A DNA stretch of 58,301 nt, the filler included, from Sphacelaria rigidula (Eukaryota): the NCBI GenBank assembly GCA_964200075.2. It is 8 parts of 8 records of this genome, joined end to end, with 100 filler letters (N's around TTAATTAATTAA, not from the genome) between each part and the next. Parts side by side here need not be neighbours in the genome. Positions count along the whole stretch, not along the records: positions 43,803 to 51,002 come from CAXNAA020015997.1; positions 51,103 to 58,301 come from CAXNAA020015998.1; 6 more parts are not named here. One strand, written 5' to 3'. The notes beneath the pieces were generated by a model, which worked only from the letters and a program-made list of their open reading frames with translations, was not told where the DNA came from and did no database searches. Each line of letters begins with the position of its first letter. Within the stretch, counting starts at the first letter, position 1. Shown one piece after another: positions 48,901 through 58,301 of the stretch. The position numbers were made by a program, and so were the translations under genes.

Positions 48901-50260
48901 GATGAGCCACGCCGGTTTATAGCCGTAACCGCTGCCGTGTAGCTCGTACGTTTCTCGCCGGTAGCTCGTACGTTTCTCGCCGAGTCACGATCACACATGA
49001 AACAACCAACACACAAAACATCCAACATATCAGCAGTCACGACACGAGATACTCCACACATGTTCTTATTTCCTTCGACAGTACACACGACAAACATGTA
49101 CTGATTTCCCACGGTGGAGCCAGGAAAACACACATGTACACACACAGTGGAGACGGGCACCATGAAAGGTATCTCAGAGGGTACGGATATATACCAGTAG
49201 TACCCCACAGCGAGATACGGGGGGCATCCGACCAAGCTGGCCAGAATAGTTAGATGGGACAGAATATCCTGCGGCAATCACGACAAGCATGAAAAACGGC
49301 GAGTAGAACCAGACCAGCACAGTAATCAGCGACGAGGAGGGGGAGCGAATAACTCACCTCTACTAACGAGACCAAGGTCTTGTTATCGTTGCACAGCACG
49401 GAGTACGACGAAAACTGGGTAACTCCGGTGTCCTCCTGAGAACGAGACATAGAAACAACACCGAGTGAAATTTCAGCAGGCACTCAGGGCGCACGTGACA
49501 AGAAGTGGAATTGCGGTACATGGAGGATTGGGTGGCGACTCAGATGAAGAAGCTTCTCCGACATGACAACTACATCGAAGACACAGACCACCCCAGACTA
49601 CAGTCACAGATCAAAACAGCGCAGGGTGTGCGGCGAAGGACCGCCTGCAAACCGTGCGATTTACTACAACTTGATTTAATCAATTGAGCCAAGATAGGGG
49701 GAAGACAACAGGTACATTCTTGACGCAATACATTTCTTGTCTCCCTCAACTTTTGACCACATAATGCCGTCGTTGTCTGGGGTATGCAACTTTGACAAGA
49801 TTCAATAAACAGTATACTGATAGGCAGACACCAACAGCACGTGCTGACCACTAGTCATTTATTTGCACACGCACAGCGACGACTACAGCATTCCTCTACC
49901 TCCGTCCTTCTCTCCTACCCCACAACGTATGTGTCTGAAATTCCATATATTTTACCGCTGCTCTTCATGTACGTCCGTCCAGCTCGAAACCAAACGGCTG
50001 GATCAATGGGGGATGACACTTCATGCGAGGCAAATCAGTCGTAAGACGTTTGTATCGCGGTCAAAAGATTCAACACTCCGTGTGCTTGTGTAATTGTGGG
50101 TACCGGCGCATATCGTTCGCTCTTCACACACTCACGGCAAGTCGTCGCATCCTTCGAGAAGTGTCGAAATCGCATGTTCCCGAAACTTCCCACGTGTAAG
50201 AGCCCGTGTCCACGTCAAAGCTCCAGTCGTACACGATGTCGTCGGCCTCGCACTCCGTTC
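45908..50260 (-). CDS. 3' part of a single-pass (type I-like) membrane protein gene; exons 50260-50136, 49435-49358, 48641-48465, 47563-47168, 46828-45908
   Basis: All four introns are GT(GAG)..CAG and phase 0; ectodomain-like part with RRMRRLA; TM helix WIIVLSSLLGLALAFL followed by CFCFCCYRQRK; long disordered Ser/Gly/Tyr/Asp tail. The N-terminus is outside the contig or was not found. Confidence 0.8.
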
Positions 50261-52297
50261 CTGTCGCCAAAAAAAAAAACATCATAACGAGAAGGATAAC
50301 ATGACGCGAACTGTCTTGTTGAAAAAAATGAAAGTGGGTGATGGACAAATAGTTGTTAGGCAATGGCCTAGAAAAGGTAGACCTTCTCGTATTTTGCCCA
50401 AGAAAGATGAGAAAAATTACCAGAAATGCTAAAACAATCAAACAGACAACTTACACCAATTCCACTCCGAATTTTTCACGCACAGCGATAGGAGGGCTCC
50501 TCGGCACCCGGGTCTCGAAAAGATCCAGAAAAGAACATGTTACTCGCGAGATATGGCCATGCGGAGAAAGAAATCTCGCCCCCAGAAACTACGTACCCTT
50601 TCGGAGCCACCTTTCGGCCAGGTATACCTGTTCTAGGAATCATCCTTCAATCGTACCTTATCTGAGTCACAGATCGGCCCAGAAAGTACCTGTCCTGGTC
50701 TATCGCTTCCTACATTGTACCTGATGCTGCACACTGCGCCCAAGGGCATCTACGCGCCAACTCCAACTATGGCGTCCATACATTCGGCTCTTTTCCCGCC
50801 CCCTTGCCGTTCATGCACGCCACAACAACCACACTCCTTCCTCCCCAGTATTGGTTCCCGAGTCTCTCCGCATCGACACAAGAACTGGACTCACTAATCA
50901 CAACGCTTCGGCCCTGTGCGCCGACTGATCAGTAGTCCCGTCACAAAAGTTAGTCGTGGGGGTTCAATCCCCGTCGCTTTCACTCCGAGGAGGGCGACTC
51001 CCNNNNNNNNNNNNNNNNNNNNNNNNNNNNNNNNNNNNNNNNNNNNTTAATTAATTAANNNNNNNNNNNNNNNNNNNNNNNNNNNNNNNNNNNNNNNNNN
51101 NNTTGCGGTAGCTGATAGACAGTGCAGCTGGTTAGTAAGATGCGGATTGGCGGCTCGAACGGTGGTCGGTGTAACAGTAGAGTACAGCACCAAGGCGGTG
51201 CAGGAGAGTATCAAGTAGTGTTGACAAAGTAGCACGACTGTACTGTCCACTCCACAAGTAGAGGCTGTACTTTTGCAAACACTCAAAACGCTCTCAAATT
51301 CAAAAGACGTGGGCTCTCGAAATAAAAAAAAACTGTCGCAAGATCGGTCATGATGAAAGGTGTGGATGGATTCTCATTTCCCCCATATAGGTGCGTATAC
51401 TTTTTGCGGAAATATTCAGTCTTTTTCGAGTAACAATTATGCCGATTCTCAGAATGATCCGTCTAACATCCCGAGCAGCCCCGAGAAACGTTTTCGCTGA
51501 AAAAAAGTGCAACCCCTACCGTAGCATTATTATTTATGATACGAACCGCGAGAGACGGTTCCAAGGAACAGGATCAGGAAGAAATAAACCAAGAGTGAGC
51601 CCCCCTGAATCATGAACGGGCCCTCATTTTCGGCCGTGTGTTCAAAATCGGATGCTGACTTTGAACGCCCACCAGACGTGAGGGCTCGTTCAAAATCAGG
51701 CGAAGAACAAAAACGTGGGAAAAGTCACATTTCATTGCAGTGCTGCCGCACACACACGCTTATGCCCTCCCTCATATCCTGTATATGTAGCTGTGACTGT
51801 ACTGCGGTGCGTTTGGACTTTGCGGAGACGCTTTGGTCTCCACTAGGATTGCCTGAGCTGATGTACCGCTGTCATGTTCTGCTCTGTGTACACAATGATT
51901 GTAGGCACAGTACTGTCTTCTCGAAGTTGAAAATATCATCATGTGGTTTGTTGCATGTTGTGCCCAGACGGATCATTCCTGTGTCCGCAGTGTGGTGCCT
52001 TGAAACCCTGCGCAGACAGTTTGATCTACACATTTAGCCTCAAATACTCCACCCGAATATTGGGTGGACACTCTACTTTTTCATTGCCCTTTTTTTGTTA
52101 CGACTCAAGCCCTGTCTTAGCACATAAGTTTTCGATCGAAAAAGTGCGGTATAAAGCAAAAACCTCGATCTGATAAGTCGTAATTTCAACCATCGTCGTT
52201 GATTTTCAATATGGTTGACCTCATGACCCATCATATCAGGATTTTTGTTTTTCACCGCACTTTTCCTATCGAAAACCCATGTCCTAAGACAGGGCCT

Positions 52298-52764
52298 CAG
52301 GCTACTTATGTATTAAAAAAAAACTTGTTGAAAAGTGCATTTTTGACCGTTCTCTGTCGTTTTTCTCCCGAAAAGTGGGCTAGGCGGGTGTTGACACCTT
52401 GGAATGACTTGACCTACTCGCTGAGGCCATTCCAGAGCACCTTTGCGTTTCGAGCAGGTCACGATTTCATTCTTGGCCAAACTTGCACTTTCAATAACAA
52501 GAGGTCAAGTTACCAAAAAAATGTCAGTTTCCCCCCTGTTTTTTTATTACTCGGCCGTTTCTTATTGAAAATACAACTTTGGCCAAAAACGAAACTGTGA
52601 CCTGCAGGAAACGCAAAGGTGTTCTGAAACCGTCTCAGCGAGTACAGCGAGTCATTGCAAGGTGTCAACATCCACCTGGCCCTCTTTCGGGGGAAAAAAT
52701 GACGGGAAAGGGCCAGAGATGCGCTGTTCAACAAGTTTTATATTTTGATACATACGTAGTCTTA
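52298..52764. mobile_element. ~460-bp palindromic MITE
   Basis: TATGTATTAAAA..AAACTTGTTGAA / TTCAACAAGTTTT..TTTGATACATA; homologous to 42705-43197. Confidence 0.8.
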
Positions 52765-53109
52765 GTCTGCTGTGTCGTTCTGTTCGACCCCCTTTTTTTC
52801 TTTTCTGTTACTTCTTTTTCCCAGAGCGTGTTTCAGTTTCGTTTTTCTTGGGAACGTCTATCATGAGACCACGGCTAGACCCCTGGGGGGTCAGTTAAAG
52901 TGCGACAATCAATAAAATCAATCAATCAACTCTCAGCAATACCTGGGTATAAAGTATCACTTGGGTACGACCTCAATACGCACATTTTGGGTAGATCGGG
53001 TACGACCTCAAATACTCTTGACCAAATTCAGGTGAAGCACTCTCAGCATTTCTGGGTATAGAGTATCACTTAGGTATGACCTCAATACTTTACCCAAATT
53101 TGGGTACGT

Positions 53110-53111
<2 letters not shown>

Positions 53112-53151
<40 letters not shown>

Positions 53152-53490
53152 GTCCCATTTATTCTGGACGCCGGTCCACACGTTTCGCTATGTGCGAGCG
53201 CACCAGCCGGGGTGACACGGGAGGAAGGTCAACGCAGGCTTTTCTTCTTTCTTGTTCGTTTTAATGCCCCATCCTTCTGCGGTGCTTGCCTTTTATTACA
53301 TCGCGAGAGGGGTTCAGCAGTCCCTTTCCCTCGTCGACTATTAGGTGGATTTTTGTGTAACCGTGACATAGTCACTCCTAACTATTGCGCTTTGTGTGAG
53401 AAAAAAATCGAGATCGCTCCGAGATTCGATCTCACGATCCAACCGTCAGAAGGTTACGAGTTCACCAACTGAGCCACCGGAACGACCGGC
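53112..53490 (-). mobile_element. tRNA-derived SINE, copy 5, with (CA)n tail
   Basis: Reverse complement GCCGGTCGTTCCGGTGGCTCAGTTGG..., same body; (TG)n at 53112-53150 on the plus strand. Confidence 0.88.
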
Positions 53491-53584
53491 TATCGTATGA
53501 TTTAAAATACTCTACCGAAATGTTTCGTTATTAATCTCATCTTTTACGGCACCGAATCTCGATTCTTTTCAGACCCGATTTCTT

Positions 53585-55610
53585 CAAAATCGGGAGGACT
53601 CAAATTCGCGAACTCAAAACCGAGGGGACCGTTTTATCGTATCACAGATTTGTGAAACAGTTCTGTACAGACATTTTCTGAATGAGTGGGATCGCGTACT
53701 CATGCATTAAGCTGAAGAGCAGGCAGGCGGTAAATAATCCTTTGAGTGCAGTGTCGTACCGTGGTACCCTAGGGTAATACAGTGCAGGACACTTCATCAT
53801 TACAGTACATGATATTACTGTCTGGTAATATATCATGGCACAGTCGGTATTACGGGAACAAACAGTGCGCGATGAGAGTTCAGCAGTGCAGTGCCATACA
53901 TCATCCTGGAAGAACAGCGACGACAGACTAGGATAGTACAGTACCGTCCGTTATAATGATACATATGGGGTGGCGGCGCAGTGCAGCATAAAATGTTACC
54001 ATCGCTGCAGGGTACGGCGTCAACACTCATTATCTGCTTGTCAGACCCCGTGCGAAGCTGCTTCAGCAACTGACGCGAGCAGGCACGCCTTGCGTTGCCA
54101 CGAGACTGTATTTTGCTGCGCTTGCAAAAATCTCCCACGTCGCACAAGCACGAGTGTGACCCGTGGCACTCCTACTCGTTGGGCTGCTCGTTGGCCGTAA
54201 AAATTAGTAGGGCGGGCACTCGAGTCACTGCTCGTTGTGGAAAAAACTTTATGGGCGAGCACTCGAGTAATTGCTCGTTGTGAAAAAAATAACCCCTTTG
54301 GAACCGGGCCTCCAGAACGACGAATGTGACTGGTTAGGAATCACGTGTCTGGCGTCTGGACGAAACAGCGGCATGTTGCTGAAAATCCGCGTATGTAACC
54401 GCAGGGTTATGAGGAAGACCGAAAGTTTCGTCCAATCTACTTTCAGGTGCAGGGTGCGCATTAGGTGGTGTACATTTGNNNNNNNNNNGTATGGGTCGCC
54501 GTAGAGAGCTTTCAACAGGATGCGGCGACCGGCGGGCCGCCCGTCACTCATGGCTTTGGATGATATCGTTGTCCCCATCACCTTGCCACACAGCCCTTTG
54601 TGGTCGGAATGGGCCGCCATTTTCTCCTTTGTTGCACGTAACAAATTCTCTTCGAAGGGTATGGGCGTTGCGACGCAAAAACATACAGCACAGTACCTGC
54701 AAGTGATCGGCAGAAGGATAAGAATTCATGACGGTAGCTCCGTTGGTGTTTCCACGGCCCACTTGGGTTTAGTGCCTCGAGAAAATGACCTCAATGTGGC
54801 ATGTACACTCTTTCCTGGTTTTTGCCACTCCGCCCTGTGTTAGTGTAATTACTACGTTTTGGTATAGGTTGGCGACCCAAAAAAACTCCCGGGAAATACC
54901 GGGAACGCCATTCTGAGTGCAAGTATAATAATACGATAAGCCATGCTCTGAGCATCCTTCATTTGGAAACCTGGGAAGGCTTATCTCGGCCAGGGATAAG
55001 GCCCCCACACGATCTTTGCAGTGACATCACACTCGGCAACAGTCCCCGAGCTGGTCGTTCGGGTCTGGTCGATAAATTTCGCCTCGCCGTTATTGGGCGG
55101 GTCGCTCCCAAATGGGATATGGAGCGAGAAGTCGAGCCATTGCTGGTTGTGGAAAAAATTATAGGGCGAGCACTCGAGTCATTGCTCGTTGTGGGGAACA
55201 TTAAATAGGGCGAGCACTCAAGTCATTGCTCGTTGTGGGAAAGATAAAAATAGGGCGACCACTCGAGTATTGTTTGTTGTGAAAAACAAATAATAGGGCG
55301 ACCACTCGAGTCATTGCTCGTTGTAGAAAAAAGTAACGACTCGAGCACATGAGTCATGCTCGCTGTGTTTCCAAGAAACATCCACGAGTGCACTCGTTTC
55401 GACAGGTGTGACTCGTCCGACATGTGAACATTAAAAATATCAAACGCCTTGTACTTCATCATTGTACCTCACTGCACGTACGTCACCTCTTGACAATCGG
55501 GGGGTCTCAGCTTTCCCCCGATTTTTTCGCGTTCTGAGATCGTGACACACTGATTTTTTCTTCCCCGATTTGGTCCAAATCGGGGTTCATAAAATGCGTT
55601 CCCCAATTTT
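53585..55610 (+). mobile_element. Family F copy interrupted by a ~1.3-kb insertion (~54136-55426)
   Basis: 53640-54130 and 55430-55610 are colinear with 3640-4560. Confidence 0.65.
54136..55426 (-). mobile_element. Degenerate DNA transposon with ~45-bp subterminal repeats and a possible Harbinger/ISL2EU-like transposase remnant
   Basis: GGGCGAGCACTCGAGTCATTGCTCGTTGTGG repeats at 54205-54290 and 55130-55330; minus-strand peptide GRPAGRRIL..ALYGDPY....HHLM recalls DDE_Tnp_4 motifs. Confidence 0.4.
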
Positions 55611-58301
55611 TTTCCGCCCGATGCTCGAAAATATCGAGGTTGATGACTGCCATAAAATATGGTTGAAAAGTATCACTTTTCAAGATAACAAGTACTGGGT
55701 ATACCCTACACGACCTGCCCTTACAGAATTTCTGTTCAAAAGTGCAATGATTTTTGCATGCGGGCGAATTGCGGGCTTTCACAAGTATAGAGGGGGCATT
55801 CTAACATATTCCTGGTTTTTTTGGCGCGGAAGGGTTTCGTGCCCGCATTATTTCTACTCGTGCGCTGAATTATCGCTGTACTGGCTACTGTCTGTAGTGA
55901 GTGCAAGCCAACACTGTTGGACCTTCGCTGGAAATTCCTGGAGCTGCTGTACTCGTACTGTTGCTGGGTTTCGGTCTGTACAGAATTGAAGAGTAGTAAA
56001 GATTACCACTTCGCAGGTGCTCTTGTCTGGACACCGAAATTCGGGTCCTTGACGGGAGCTGTGCTCCTACGAGTAGCGTGCGCAGAACGTGTTTTCGTCT
56101 GAACCGGCGCCTGCGCCGATTTGAGGTCTCGCAACAAACCAACCTCCCGCGAGGGGAGGTCACCTGTGGAATCGGTGTCAATTTCACTTGAAAAAAGTAT
56201 GTGTGATCTGCATGGACTACCCGCATCCCGTAGTTGCCTTGTTCGGCGAAAGAGCAGGTTATACACATCCACAGCCGGGTCATTGGGTATCGTGTTGAGA
56301 GTACATAGGCGCTGAGCCAGATACATGATGAAAGGACCGGTGGTGCAGGGTGCGCCGAAGGAGAAAAATCGTGTACAAGGCAGACGACGTAAGACTGATT
56401 CCGCTGCAGTGCGGAAGCTAGGTACAATATGCACCAAGATTGACTGCTCTCTGAACTACTCCGGAGTATTATATCGTAGAGGGAACCTGCGACGATTCAA
56501 CGATCCCTGCGCCGGCGAGGTTTGTACCGTACTGGATTCGGGGCGGTGCGGGTCTGTCACTCCCGTGCAGTGTATTTTACTGCGATACAACTCTCGGTGT
56601 GCTTTTCTTAGCAGATCTGAAGTTTCCTTGTTCTTTTCACCCCGCTGAACTCGGGGAAGCTACTTCTCATGTTTTCTTGGCGTTTCTCAGTCTTCCGCCG
56701 AAAAAAAAAGGCAAGTCAACTGCCAAGGTTCCCGCATACAAAAATCATGCGCACCTCATGTATCTTTCGACGGTTCAACAGGGTCAAGTACTGTATTTTC
56801 AGTACAAATCAAGCGTTACTTTGTGGATTTCTCCGCCGCGTCTGCTCTATCAAGCCCGAAACTTGGCACAGAGGTAGACCACAACACAGACAGCATATTC
56901 CCGGAGCGGCGGCACGTTTTACGTGGTGCGCTAGACGCACGAAGCAAAATGCGGATTTGGGGCAATGCCATCGATACGCCCTTAAAACGCAGTCCCCTCG
57001 GCCCAGACTGCGTGAGACGTCAGTAGATGCATATGTTGACACGCAGATACGCTCACTTCCTGCCGGGTAGCTCCCGCCCCGGCAAAAGAACACATCGATC
57101 CGTATTACGTACACTCTGGATGATGTCATTCTACGCGGTACCTATCTTGGTATCGCATATAGAGGTGCTCATTTCAGGAGACACGGCCGTGCAAGCGTTG
57201 TTAGTGCTTTCACGTGCTGAAACTTCGACCACACGTCATGTAGACTACAGACAACAACCCCATCTTGCTGAATCTGGGGTTGCGCGGTGTGTGCGTGCGT
57301 ATTGGGGCGAAAATATGTCGGATTCTGTGCCGATTTTCATTTTATTTTGGCCTAAGACTGTCCTCTTCTTATTATCATTTGGGTAATACTGAGTTGATTG
57401 CGTTTGTTCATGTAATTAGGCTGGAGTCTCTGAAAAAAATGATGGAGGACTCCATGTCTTGTAAGGAATAGCAGGGACGGTATTGGGAAGACGAGTCGAA
57501 GTCTGTGACCACGGGTTCGAGAGATCGGAGTACTGCGCGGAAATACTAATAATACGGTGTTTGCGAAGACCAAATTCGGGTCAGGACTTGGACTTCAGAA
57601 TTCCCCCGAAGTCCAAAGTCAGTCTAAAGTCCGATAGTTGCATTTCGCTCGGTTTGAACTTTCATCACGAGACGCTATTGGCCAACAGGCGTGACGTGTA
57701 ACGTGTAACCGTCCTACAGACAACACGCACCACACCAGCCACCTCGCTGCTTGCGCAAACACCAGAGCACACGCCCAGGACATGGCGAATGAACGGGTGA
57801 TGGTGAAGCCAGCACAGCAACATATGCGCAAAAAAATAGTACGTTGGGCACAACTTGACACAGACAGCGATTGGCGTGACATGTATCCGGTCTGCACAGA
57901 GGTTGTTGCAGACTACAGTAGGAGACTCATTTCGATCACAAATTTGCACAAGTCATGGATCACAGGGGCACCTGACCCCTCTTGTGTTTCCAACATAGAT
58001 CACACTGTAGTGTTGTCGTGGAACACTGAGCAGAGAAACAAGCAGCGTGCAGTAGACTGTGTTCCGTGCAATACGATGCACGCTGACTGTTCCTTGCCGC
58101 TGAGTCAACACCGTAAGCTACAAGAATCTGATACATACTGCCTTTGTCCGTGCTCGAGCGCGGGTGGGTGTAAATTCGTGAGGGTTTCTCCCGTAGTATT
58201 TTCTCTATATCTGCGCAGCGTTGGCACAGCACCCATACATGGGGATAATTTTGTAGTAAATGAAATTATTTGCGCGAAGCGCGATCATGTCCGAGCGGTC
58301 A

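Noticed and set aside
55130-55330. CRISPR-like array of ~30-bp repeats
   Set aside because: Intervening sequence is short, A-rich and repetitive rather than unique spacers; no cas genes; eukaryotic context; the same repeats occur at 54205-54290, as expected for transposon subterminal repeats.
57620-58232. Cys/His-rich minus-strand ORFs resembling a piggyBac C-terminal zinc finger
   Set aside because: Spacing is not convincing, frames are broken and no DDD core is visible.

Overview
Eukaryotic, transposon-rich DNA, most likely from a brown alga (stramenopile-type 18S end, long GT-AG introns, low-complexity exons). It is not one locus: eight unrelated contigs of 7201, 7201, 7200 x5 and 7199 bp are joined by identical 100-nt linkers (44 N + TTAATTAATTAA + 44 N), so adjacency across linkers is meaningless. 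Contents: an orphan, mutated 18S-end/ITS1 fragment; a ~187-bp satellite in which a 102-bp piggyBac-type MITE creates a 477-bp higher-order repeat; five copies of a tRNA-headed SINE with CA-rich tails; a decayed XPG/PIN-nuclease + Cys-cluster ORF resembling an AcademX DNA transposon; many 5'-truncated LINE copies that repeatedly sit in C-rich tracts; a full-length but dead Copia LTR element nested in another retroelement and itself hit by a MITE; several MITE families; and parts of two multi-exon host genes of unknown function (a disordered Ser-rich protein and a single-pass membrane protein). The best novelty candidates are the apparent poly-C-targeting LINE family, the Academ-like element and the MITE-built satellite repeat. 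All family assignments are by-eye motif recognition, not database searches; boundaries of degenerate elements are approximate.
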